Assembly (NCBI RefSeq): GCF_006345805.1
Contig: NC_042998.1
Location: 46,996,001-47,060,000, forward strand
Direction: 5' to 3'
From: Octopus sinensis
Lineage: Eukaryota
DNA length: 64,000 nucleotides
The notes beneath the pieces were generated by a model, which saw only the letters and a program-made list of their open reading frames with translations, ran no database searches and had not been told where the DNA came from. Both the position numbers and the translations under genes were made by a program. Shown here one piece after another: positions 11,790 through 25,090 of this stretch. Every line of letters begins with the position of its first letter. The first letter of the stretch is position 1.

Positions 11790-14180
11790 CTCTGAGTTCA
11801 AATCCCATTTAATTTAATTCCCGTGTTCATCCTCCCAGGAATGATAAATTAAGATACCAATCTAATAACGGGGTCAGTGGTATCAGTTAATCAGCACTCT
11901 CAAAATTGCTGGCTTTCTGCCAAAATTTGAAACCTTTATTATTACTGTTATTATTATTCGTAAGGTGGCGAGCTAGCAAAATAGTTACCACGCCGAGGGA
12001 TATGCTTAGCGGCGTTTCGTCTGTCTTCGTGTTCTGAGTTCAAATTCCGCCGAGGTCGACTTTACCTTTCATACTTTCCGGGGCGATAAAATAAGTACCA
12101 TCTGGGTACTTGGGTCGATATAATCGACTATTCTCCTTCCCCAAATTTCAGGCCTTGTACCTATAGTAGAAAGGATTTATTACTATTATTGGTAGTGATG
12201 CAGCTTGTATGATTTGTAAACTGTCTTTAGAAGACTCCTATGCTATTATCATTGTTGTCATTTATGTTTACAATAATGCTGTTGTTATCAATACGGATGT
12301 CTAACTTTGATAATATTGTTTGTACATAAGGTGGCGAGCTGGCAGAATCGTTATCAAGCTGGGTAAAATGCTTAGGAACATTTCGTCCGTCTCCACGTTT
12401 TGAGTTCAAATCCAGCCGAGGTCGACTTGTCTTTTATCTCATCGAGGTCGATAAAATAAGTACCAGGTGAATACTGGGGTCAATATAATCGACTTACCGC
12501 TTCCCTGGAATTTCTGGTCTTGTGCCAAAATTTGAAACCAATATTACTGGTATTTACTAAGGCGGCATACTGGTAAAAACGCTAGCACATCGAGCTAAAT
12601 GCTTAGCGGCATTTTTAAGTTCAAGGCGGCGAGCTGGCAGACGCGTTAGCATGTCGAGCGAAATGATTAGTAGTATTTCGTCTGCCGTTACGTTCTGAGT
12701 TCAAATTCCGCCGAGGTCGATTTTGCCTTTCATCCTTTCAGGGTCGATAAATAAGTACCAGTTACGCACTGGGGTCGACTTAATCCCGTCGTCCTTGTTT
12801 CTCTCCTCAGTGAGTAGCCCCTTGTGGGCAGTAAAGAAATAGAAATAGGCATTTCTAAGTTCAAATAAATGTAATCGATTTAATCAACACTTCATTGCTA
12901 TTCATATTATATATGAAAAGTAATTCGACTCCATTCGAATTTTAAGTCAGAATCTAAAGAGATGTGGGGAAGAAATTTTGTCCGGAATCATTTTACTGAT
13001 TCTGATATCATTGTTATTCACTATGAATTTTGAAATTAGGTTTTTAAATAACAGAGCGATTGTGAAAATAGCCTTCGTTTTGTTGATGGTAACCTTTTGT
13101 TGGTATTAAAGCCTTAAACTAGCTACTTTCTTGTAAGCTACTATCGGCGGCAAAATCGCTGGCACGTCGGATAAAATACTCAGTGGCATTTCTTAGGCTC
13201 TACGTTCTGAGTTTAAATTCTGCTGGCGTCAATTGGGGTCTATGCAATTAAATTGATCCCGCACCCAAATTCATACATTGTGCCTGTAGTGGGAAGACAA
13301 AAAAAAAAAAAAAGAAATATTACTTTCTAATGTTGAAGTTTTGAGTTGCTTTGCTCGTGATGTGCATATTAATATTTGTAGGTTTAGTCGTTTAACGATG
13401 GCGTATAATATATATAAGATATCAGGTTTCTTTTAGATTTTCACACGTACAATTCTGTTCTTGTGCAGACTAGTCTATCGAATCAATCTTAATATTATTG
13501 GTACTTATTACGGCGGCAACTTGACAGATTCATGTGTACACCAAACAAAATGCTTAGCGGGCATTTCGTCCGTTTTTAAGTTCTGAGTTCAAATTCCTCC
13601 GAGGTCGACTTTCTGTTTCATCCTTTCAGGGTCGATAAAATAAGTACCAGTCGAGCACTGAGGTCGATGTGATCGACTTAGCGCCTTCCCCAAATCTGCT
13701 GGCCTTGTGTCAAAATTTGAAATGAATATTATTGGATACGTACGGCGGTTAGCTGGCAGAATGGTTAGAATGTTGGGTAAAATACGTAGCGATTATTTCG
13801 TCCGTCTTCACGTTTTGAGTTCAAATTCCGTCGAGGTCGGCTCTGCCTTTCATCCTTTCGGGGTCGATAGAATAAGTATCAGTTGAGCACTGGTCCAATG
13901 TAATCGACTTATCCACCTCCCTCGGAATTACTGGTCTTGTGCCAAAATTTGAAATAAATATTATTGGTACTTAAGGCGGCAAGCTGGTGGGAACGTTAGC
14001 CCAGCGTGCAAAATACTTAGTTGCATTTCGTCCGTCTTTACGTTCTGAGTTCAAATTGCGCCGGTGTTTATTTTGCTTTTTATCCCTTCGGGGTCGATAA
14101 AATAAGTACCAGTCAAGCACTGGAGTCGACTTATCCTCTCCTCGAAATTGCTGGCCTTGTGTCAAAATTTGAAACTAATA
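11790..14180 (+). mobile_element. Head-to-tail cluster of about 9 SINE family C copies
   Basis: Repeated ggcggcgagctggcagaa...ctgagttcaaattccgccgaggtcgac...aagtaccag units start near 11790, 11962, 12328, 12559, 12623, 13140, 13510, 13742 and 13972. Confidence 0.85.
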
Positions 14181-16554
14181 TGACATTGTTAAGTCTTCGT
14201 GGATTTGAACACAGAAGACTAATGTTTAAAGTAGTTACAGTGAGGCACCTATTCTGACAGTCTACAATTTCGTTGATGTCTATAACTTGATCGTATTCTA
14301 ATTGTTGTACCGGAAACATTATGAATGGATCCTTAAGTTATAATAACGCTCTCGAATCTACGTTGGTATCTTGTCAGTGAGAGACCTAGACTGAGAACAG
14401 TTCTCTGGTAAATTAGTGGTTGGTAATATGAACTATGTGTAACGATTTAAATGATATTATACACAAACATACAGATGCGTATGTGTGTGTGTGTTCTCTA
14501 CAAATTATAGGGAGCGTCTTATCACCTGTAGCAACTTATGAGCCAGGAGGAAACATGGCAGTTAAGAAATGAGAGATTTGCGTGTCAATTGCACTTTACT
14601 TCATACAGCTTATAACAAAAGATTAAAAAAGTAAAGCCTGCAACTATAGACTTCATTATGCCGGAAGGTCAGTTGAAATTTTCGGACAACCACTTCATGA
14701 ATTTTCCGTAAAATAATTAGTTAGTTGATTTGTTCGTCTGTTTTATTCTTTGTAAAGAGTTATTTTATATACACCGTATCAGCTTGCTTCAAACTAGATA
14801 TGCTAAATTTAAAGATAGAAAAGGAAGAAGAAAAAATAAATAAAAAAAGTTAATTATTTCTTTTTGTCAAGGTATAAAAATGTTTAACGCAATATCTGGA
14901 CTGTGAAATTGGTTGATATTGCCGTAAATAAATTGTGTATGGCTCGTAACCCAAGTGTAAGCCTGATAAACACGGTCGTGCACTAAATTTACTATTGTTT
15001 GTTCATGATTCACTAGACTGGATACAATTAAGCAAAACAAACGATGATTTTTTTGGTCCTCTCCCGCTTTTTCAAACACTTTCAATGAACAGGAGTCATA
15101 CCCCAATAAATTGGACTGATAACCTTTATCTGTTCGACGTATTTCATCACATTAATATGGGAAAGAAGTCAAACATTTAATGAGGGAGACGAATATTATC
15201 ACACTATTGACTGGTCGGAGTAGTTGTATAGTTACAATTTACGGTCACTTAATCAACCAGAAGCATTTAACTGTTCTATTTTCATTGAGAAGAAAACAAG
15301 TTCGATCTCCTCCCGACTAATTCAGATATAAATCTAATAGAAGTAATTAAGCTTAAGTAGTTATGCTTAAGTGAGTGTTGGTTCGTGGCTTAATGATTGC
15401 TGATGTTCAACTCACAATCAAAAAGTCGTGGCTTCATATCCCTGGACCGGGGCCCGCGTTAATTCCTTGCTCCAATCTACTCAGCTGGGCTGCGAATAAC
15501 CGCTAACTCTTTTGAAAGTAAAGTATACAAAATAGAAGACTTATTTAAGCCATCCAAAAACATACAGAAACTATGAATCTTACACAATCATTTATTACTT
15601 GATGTCAAAATTTTCGTCACAGTCTTTGTGTTCTGGTCGCTCTAAGAGTTTTCGAATTGCTAAAAATGTGTCTTCCATGCTGTAATTGACCTTAGTTCAA
15701 AGCAAAGTTTTAGATAAGATCCTTCTCTAAAATATTACAGTTTCTCAGCAAGTGTTATAATCATTCGAATCACTCTCAGTATATTACTGGTACTTAGAGT
15801 CAGAGACTAAGTCGGGTAGAAATCAAAATTAACCACAGTAGCTTTAACATTCTAAGCATAAAAGACGTGCCTAAATTTGCAGAAGTCCGATAATAGCCCC
15901 GAAATCTATCGTTTCTTCTACTAATCACGTTTTATCTTATGCTATCTTGTCATAAGCCAGGAAAAAGAAAAAAAAGAAAAATCATGGACTTTACCCGATA
16001 GAAGAAAATGTGATAGGCCAAACTTTATACACGCAGTGTCTTCATTGCTTTAAAAGTGCTTATGTTATTATTGTTTTCTTATAAAAGCCAGATATTTATA
16101 ATATTCCGAATCTGTCCATCATCCATATCTTTGTCATGTGCTTTCCTTGGATCGGAGACCTCAATAAGTTATCCTCTGATCGGGGAACTGAAACGAATGT
16201 TTTGTAACAAAATGAGGCATTCTAGCCAAAGTACACAATAATCGGGTGGTGTTTCTTGTCTTTGAAAGCCGGGGACGGATTAATTTAGCATTCAAAATCA
16301 AGAAGGCTCTATCTAACGGGTTTCCATACAGTTTTTGTTTAGTAGATTCACTTACAAGGTTTTGGGGGCAATCCGAATTAGAAGTGGGATCGAATACAAT
16401 TCCATGCAATTGTAAAGTGCACGTCTTAAACAGATAACCATGAGTTGAACTGAAAACATAAGCAATGACGTCTAATTAACTAATGGCAGCAAATTACTTC
16501 AATTAACTTGGAGTAATTTCCTGCCACATTGTTGATTCCGCCACTCATTGAAAT

Positions 16555-17060
16555 CCGAAAAATGTTTCTAATTTCGACATAAGACAAGCAATTTTAGAGG
16601 AAGGGGTTTAATCAATTACAATGGCCCTAGCACTCGATCGATCTTTCATTTTATCGATTCCAAAAGGATGAAAGGCGATGCTGACATTGTATGAACTTGA
16701 ATGCAGAATGCAAATAGGAAGAACAACTATCGCAGAGCATTTCCTCTCTACCAACACTTTAACGATTCTGTGAGCTCATTGTCTTTCAATAAAAAAAATT
16801 GTTTCTCATACTTTGAATAGGCAAATGATGATGTGAATTTTAACATATCGGATATGATTACTTTTTGTCGTTACTAATTAAGAAAGCAAAGTTGAGTACA
16901 GAGAGATCTCATTTCTTTACTGCCACTGAGGAGACAAACAATGACAGACAAACGGATTAAGTCGTTTATATCGACCCCAGTGCGTAACTGGTACTTATTT
17001 AATCGACTCCGAAAGGCAAAGTCGACCTCGGGGGAATTTGAACTCAGAACGTATCGGGAG
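16555..17060 (-). mobile_element. SINE family C copies (two, degenerate)
   Basis: Reverse complement of the family C body, e.g. gaaaggcaaagtcgacctcgggggaatttgaactcagaacgt. Confidence 0.7.
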
Positions 17061-20000
17061 ACGAGTACAGAGATATCTGAAGACAGAACAGTGTTGAAAC
17101 AAAGTAAAATATGATAGTATATGATATTAATGCCTTATTTTTTTTCTTAACGGCATTAACGAGAAAAGAAATAGCTTTAACTCGTAACCGAAACCGTGTT
17201 TCGAGCTTCGTTTGCTAAGAGCTTAATTCACCTCTGTCGCATTAATTTAGTGAAGTTTGAATTCGACTGAATTTCATTTTGGTTTCAATAGATAGTGTTT
17301 CCTTCAAATTATATTGTTAGAAAACTGCAATGAGTAGTCATAAAAAATCATAGTTTTCAAGCAAGAAGGGAGACTGCATGTGGTGGTCCGACCTGCTAGA
17401 TATACTAGTTAATCTCATTCATATCGTACCCTTATCCCACTTCGTTAAAGTGAATCAGCACATTGGATAATATTACAAAAAACGACGAGATGATCACGGC
17501 TGGAGAACCTTCAAACATCCAATTAAGTATGATCCTTCAAGCCGATTAGAAAGGAAATCAACAACGACATTAAACCTGTAAAAGTAATGAGGTCGCCCTT
17601 TATAAAGAGTGGGAAATATACTAATATAGTCAACCACTGTGGACCACTCCGGTTCTTATATCTTGCTATGATATAAGCACTTGGCATAATAAAGTTGTCT
17701 TCGTTTGTGTCATAAGAAAAGAAAAACTATCAACTCTTAGATCTGACTTTAAATGACTTGCAAAAGCACGCTAACACACACACACACACACATACATACA
17801 CACACATTTTATGATGTAATAATATATGACATTGAAAATGTCATTAATATAATGCTTTGTTTTTATATTCTTACACATGTACGGCATTTTATTCTCTTGC
17901 CAAAAGCATTTGTTTCAGGATATATGCACGTGTATTATAAACACTTTGATATATTATAAATATATTTAGTCTTCCTCTTCCACTAAGTTTCGTAAAAAAA
18001 ATAATATATATGAATCCATCACAGATAGACGCACACACAAACGTACGCACGCGCGCGCCCACAAACAGACAGACAAACACCCCCACACACATACGAGTGT
18101 GCATAAATGTATATATACATATGTACATTTATATATGCCCGTGTTTGTGTGTATGTATTTATATAACATAAAACAGAATATATCCAGATGTGACGGATCA
18201 TTTTATCAATATTTATAGAAATCTGGTAATACAACTAAACTTTAGCTCCATATGTGGCACTAATCTTTATAGTTTAAAATAAAATAAGACTACGAGTGAC
18301 AAGAAAAAGACCAAAAACAAAATGAAAAAAAAGAACACAATATAAAAAAAGACCAAAACTATATCACTCCTCACAAGTATTTAGCCTATTTCTATCCACC
18401 TACTCTTGTTTCTTCATTTCATTTGACCAACCTTTTCTGATCCCACACGTAAAAAACAAAAAAATCATAATGTTATATAATACGTTGGCTATTTGCGACA
18501 AATGCTTGCAGATTCCTGCAACATTTTACTAGCAGAAAGCGAAATTCTGTACTTGTTTATAGAGATTTTTGAGTCGTTTCAAAGTTATTTATTTATTTTT
18601 TCGTGATTGTTGCAAAAGTATTTTTAGCCATCATGTAGTTCCACTTTAAAATGCTTGTCCGATTAATTCTGTTATTCTATGTCTAATACGATAGCACGTA
18701 GTTTCTTAGCCTTTCTGTTTTAAACTTTTAAAAAACTCTAAAGCAAACAAAAAGAAAAGAAAAAAAACATGCATCTGTAGTTGTCACCCACACACATATA
18801 TCTCTTAACTGTATTATAGTATATGTTACTTTAATTATATGCATCTGTTTATCTATATCTCTATCTATTTAACATTCCTCTCTTTCTCCCTTTCTCTCTC
18901 TCCTTCTCCTCCTCTCTCTCTGTCTCTAGTATAATCACACATACACATACTGAGACATGCGAGAACAATTCCAAGAAAAAGAATGTTGCACCTTCAAAAA
19001 TTCTTCGCTTTTACAAACAATAGCAAAAAATTATTGTAGTAACCAACACCACTAGTTATAACTCCCTCTGGGGAACCTCTTCACTATTCACTCGCGGCCA
19101 AAATTTTGCTGGAGTTTATATCCGAGACCGCCCACTTAGGAATCTTTGAAATCCCATAAATAAAACGGTTTAAGCATTACGACTAAGACAGAATTTAGTA
19201 CAAACTGCATACTTAAGAATTTGTAAAACTAACCATTTATTATTTTTTCATCATGGTTATGTTGTCACTTGCAATTCCTCATTAGATTATGTAGTCCAAT
19301 GTACTCAATGGCTGAGAAAAATCGGGATCGTCAAATCTGGAATGCCTTTGATAATAAATTATTTCGGTCAGAGTTGACATCGGTTAAACAACAATCCTCC
19401 AGCCCCGTCTCGGTCCCGCTTTCTTTATTTTTCTCACTCCTCCCTCTCCTCATCCTTCTTTCTAACACATAGACAACCGTTACGTAACTAATACAGTCAT
19501 GTGATGGTCTTCTGGAATTTAAAAAAAATCATTACATGTCATTCTTAGTTTTATTTCTATAACCTCAATTTTGTTCTTTCATTTTTATTGCTATTAATAT
19601 TTCGTGCAAATCGCCCTCATTCATGAATGTTTGTAATTATGTTCCTGTTGTTCAGCCCCATGTCAGATCAAGTCCATCAAAAGGGAATTCCAGCCGTAGC
19701 CATTTCTTATTTTTTGTTTTTGGCTGCGAGCATCCAAGATTGTTTTTTATGTGAGAGTTATTTAGCGGCTACTTGTAACAGATCAAACAACTTCATATAT
19801 GCAGCCTTTTAGCTTGATTGTTATTATGCATTATATTTTCATGGTATAATGAAATAATTTGATACAATAATGATAAAAAAGATCGCTATTTTCGTCTCAC
19901 TGAACCCACTAAAAAGCGGAAACATTTGTCAAACCTCTAATAAAGAATAGGCTATTTTATTTTCAAACAGTTAACAACCATCAAAATATATTGGAGAACC

Positions 20001-20530
20001 ACCAAATATGCACACATACATAGTCGAATTATTTCTTGTTATAATGGAAGCCTGCACAGTTTAGTGACTATGAGAACGATATCGTGGGAACTCAGTGCAC
20101 CTGGAAGGGGTCCTCCGTAACAGTAAGGTCGAAGTAGAAGACTCAGACTGAACCCGATCAACCTCACTTCGAGACACCATCGGCAGAATGGCAACTGTTG
20201 ATTTCCATAACATTTGAAGTAGAGTACACAGTTACATTAGATGGTTTGACTAAGAAGACCAAACTCAGAAATTCTGAATGTGAATCAACAGGCGGAAAAA
20301 ATGAAAGAGAAGGTAGAAGGCTACCAATTAACTTGAGGATCACAGAGTTGACCATTAGCAGAACAGGATACAAACCGTTGGTTCAATATGAAAGTCTTTT
20401 CTTGCAAGAACCAGAAGGGAATAGTCAAAGGCTACTAAAAGATTGTAGATCATAGAAATTGTGATCGAAATTGGCGACAAATAACACCAACAATAACGTC
20501 TGTTACGTTGAGTTATTTTTTATACATAAG

Positions 20531-20664
<134 letters not shown>

Positions 20665-21406
20665 TGTGTGTGTGTGTACATACATACATGTACACATGCA
20701 TACATACATACATGCATACATACATGCATGCATACAAACATGCATGATGGCCGCTTACTCGTGCCCGAGTATAAGTGCATGACACTTTTTAAAGTGAGGA
20801 AAGAACTTGCGCACAATCGATCCCACTCTATGAACAACGATGACAGATACCCCCAAAATAACTAATCAGCATCATTGATTGCTATGGAGTCGCAAATTTT
20901 ACATCAGAGTTTTTCTTGTCCTAGAATGATGTCCTAACATTGATTAGGGGGTCACTCACCACAGTGATGTGGTACAACATATCTACGTTTTCATTCTCAA
21001 GGTTTTCTGCTGGCTGAATCTGTTGTGCATGCCCACTGTTGAAAACGTGTTAATTCTCTGCGCAGCCACTGTGTTTTGTAAACCAAAGTCACCAGTTTGA
21101 CCATGGTTACAGCAGAAACTACCATTGTTCATAAAAAAAAGCAGGGCCAAGCTCGTATACACAGTATTGGATGGCTGTTGACTGTAATGAGTTCATCCGT
21201 CATTTGACAGGTTTAGTTTTTCATCCTGCAGGATGTCCAGTCACCCTCCTCACTAAGCAAGCTTAGTGGGGTTGTAGTTTAATGAGCGACGACCCGACTA
21301 TGCAGTAGGTTGTACTGGATTACATGTTACCAGTAGAATTCACGAGCGACCTGACACACACACACACACACATGCACATATGCACACACACACACACACG
21401 CACACA

Positions 21407-21452
<46 letters not shown>

Positions 21453-22221
21453 ACACACACACACAAAGTAATTGTTCTGTGGTAACATAATGTAAGAAAG
21501 TGTTCTCTGAAGAGTCTTTGTTGATCTGCATCCATTACACAATGCAAACACGCAGCAGACGATGCAGATAGCAATAATGGTGAACCGTGCGTAGATAACA
21601 AATTGTATAACCTGTACATTGCGTCAACAATACTGCGTAAGGGTCAATTCAGAATGTAAATAGACTGTTCTATGTAAACCGATCCGTCTGTGAAGCAGTT
21701 TTGTTTTCTTTTACAGCGTAGAGCAATGCACTTCATTTCACATTGCGGCTGTATACTCAACTTAAACTGAGTACCAGTGGTACCTTGAGGGTTAGCACAC
21801 TGATATAGAATGGCCTCCCTTTAATAGAGTGTCTTGTCCGCTGAGCGTAAATACTTTGGAAATCTGGTTAAGCTCCAGCCTAATGATCTTGTAAGCTCTG
21901 GGATGAATTTTTAAGCTCGTTAATCGTAAGGCCCACACGGGAAACCATTATTTTATTCACATGCACGCACATATATAGGGGTAGCGCCGGGGTGGCGAGT
22001 GACGGAACTAGTTGGAACTTTCATGTTTCAGTCTACATTTATCAATGTTGATCAAGAGAAAATATGCAAGACAGAACCGATTTCGGCAGGTGGCCTATAC
22101 TCGAAGCAATTATGTATATTTATTCTTTACGAAAAAGAAAAAGAGAGAGGGAGATAGATAGAGATAGATAAGTAGATAAATATGTAGAGAGAGTGAGAGG
22201 GAGAGATAGAAAAAAGAGAAT

Positions 22222-22264
<43 letters not shown>

Positions 22265-24162
22265 AACGGAGTAACCTGTACGTGGTACTAAACCTGCTAG
22301 AAACAACAGCTCCATCTTCCCTGACGTTATAGACTACTGTCTGAAAAAGAGAACGATATATCAGGCATTGTAATCAATGAAGATTAGTGCACCGAACTAA
22401 TCACTGTGTCTAGTACTTCTTTTCCAGTACGGCGAGCTTCTGGAATTTTCTCATTGCTTATGTCTTTTCCGCTAGTGTTAACTGACAATGGTTCAAGAGG
22501 AACCTTAATGACATCAATTTAATCTGTCTAGGAAGTCCTGTGAGGGCCATGTTTACTATGCCTTCCTCTATGTCCGATCAGTAAAAAGAAAACCTAATTC
22601 CTCGATATACAAAACATAAACGTGTTCCTATACAATACTAATATATATATACCGAGATGACTATATTCAAATACACAACACAAGCAATGCATAACACCTA
22701 CACATATTCCTACAGTTACTCCACATAGGAGTATTACACGTTATTCTTTCGCATAACCACATGACCACCTTACAGAATTCTTACACATAACATAAGCACG
22801 GGCGTTACAAATCCCGTCAAGTGAACGAATTCTTGTCGCATTCGCAGACATAGTCGCAATATATAGACTCATTCGCTCTCAGTTGCAAGGATACTGTTTT
22901 CATTCTTCTCTCAGCTTCTTTAAATCAAAGATGCTAATAGACCTTTTGCTATCACTACTTCACTCTTCCTTCATATCTTTATCACCCACGCTGAACACAT
23001 ACACACACACACGTGCACATATGCATTCACACATAGACATACGTGCATTTCTGCATACTTCTTCACGGTCACCCTTCCCACCAATTCACCGATATACTCT
23101 TTCTTCCTTATACCTTATACCAGTAACTACATTCGTCCTACCCATTTCTCAATTCCAATTTTGCAACGAGCTAGAAACGTGCCCCATTCGTATCTTCATA
23201 CTATTTAATATCAGATTAGCCTATTTCTTGCTTACACATCCAACTACCATTCTTATACAAAAACCTTAGGTCAGTAAAAATACCAGCAGTGAAGATGCAT
23301 AAATTTAGTTCCAATGTTTAGTTAAGCTCTAATAATACTGTGTTCATGTTCCACCTTGATCAAATTACTTCGACAAAATAAATTTTAGAAACGCTGCAAT
23401 AAATTCAAATGACTTTTTATTAGATTAGCTGTTTTGATTGCAGAAACTACTAAGCAACCGCTCACTGGGTTGTAGTGTATTAGATCAACCGCAGTACATA
23501 TTTTATCGACTTCGAAATCTTGAGAGTGCAAGAAGAATCCAAAAGGAGAAGAAATATAATGAAATACCACAATGTATTTTTCCGCCACTCTATTCTTCCA
23601 ATCATAACCGCCGTTATTTGTGCCTTTGGGGTATTCAAATACTCCCGCTCATGAAAATATATTCAAATTCACAAACACTCTCTCACACACACACGTACAC
23701 ATTCACATCCACACGCACATACATACACACACAGATAGTTAGATATATAGATAGATAAGAAAGAGAGAGAGAGTGTGTGTGTGAGTAAGAAACACAGGGA
23801 GAGAGTTTGAGTGAGAGAGAGGAACAGAGAGACAGACAGGGTGGTGCGTTGTAGTTTTGAACAAAACACTATATTTCACGTCGTTCTGCGATCACTTCGA
23901 CACATGACACGTGTTGCAACGTGAAAGAGAGAGAGTGAGAACACATACATTTGATCAGTTTACACAAATCATTTGTACCGGTCATTCGGCAAAAGCTGAA
24001 CACTCATACGCCATTTCCGACGGGACGGTCCATTACATATTTTATATATAAATATATGATAATCAAGATTCTGTTGAATTTGGTACTTAAGTTTAGGTAC
24101 CAAGTCAGTCCGGTATTATCCGTACAGTTCGAAGTAAGGTGAATAAAAAGCAAAAAAAGTAA

Positions 24163-24345
24163 CAAGGATATCAATGTATTAGTGCATTACCTCCATGTCA
24201 AGCCTCCCCATTTAATCGAACAATGCAAGTATTACATCAATTTGAAAAACACCACCATCTTCGGATGTAAGATGTAGGTTTTCAACATCGAGGATACTCC
24301 ATTATAATTTTTAGCAAATATTTCGACAGAACTAGAGAATGAACT
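24163..24345 (+). mobile_element. Penelope-like element 5' ORF fragment, homologous to 27023-27203 in the opposite orientation
   Basis: Translates to LPPCQASPFNRTMQVLHQF...GFQHRGYSII, versus LRPFQAAPFNQTLQTLHQF...GFQHTGYSII on the minus strand at 27023-27203. Confidence 0.55.
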
Positions 24346-24642
24346 GTCTGATAACTCATTACAAATATACCTATTGTGACTGATAGGGCAGAAAATCTTG
24401 GAATTGAAGGAAAAACAGTGTAATCACCGTATAGGATAATTGCAGACTAAGCTGGTAGGAGTTATGAGAGGCAAAATATTATATATGATATATAATTCAC
24501 TACACTAGAGGGTATGTTATAAAAGATATGACACCCCAGCTAATTTCTACCATCAAATTCAAAGTATGATGAGTATAATATTATTTGTTTTCAAAATATA
24601 AAAATGTGCGGATGATGCTATGCCCGCAGGATACCCGAAGGT

Positions 24643-25029
24643 CTAATCTATTATTAATTGGGTTATTCTTGTCTCTGTACTTAAGACTCTCATAAATTTC
24701 CATAGAACAAAGTTCGCATCCGTATCTGCTATCTCTATATGGTTACGCTCTTCGTACAATATCCTATTTAAGGCTAAATCTACACTTTCTTTCCTTAATT
24801 TCCTAGATCTTACTAGATAAATAAGTACTATTAGCATTATCTCTAAGTCTAGACGATGAAAGATGGTTATTAAGGCGTTTTGTTTCATATTTATTAAACA
24901 CCCTATATAAGTAAAGCTACTAGTTTCAGTCAAAATTGTACATCTGTAAACTACATTTTGAGCTAAACAACGTCCTGATAACGGACATTGGGGTTTTACC
25001 CTACAATTTCAGCTGGAATTTAAAACAAA

Positions 25030-25090
<61 letters not shown>

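Noticed and set aside
14867-15160. Stop-free minus frame ending ...YGNINQFHSPDIAL, faintly like the Cys-loop receptor W.PDI.L motif
   Set aside because: The key Trp and Cys-loop residues are absent, and I found no supporting exons.
16356-16424. 69-nt minus-strand segment bounded by AG and GTAAGT
   Set aside because: Neither open frame is recognisable, and such sites occur by chance in AT-rich DNA.
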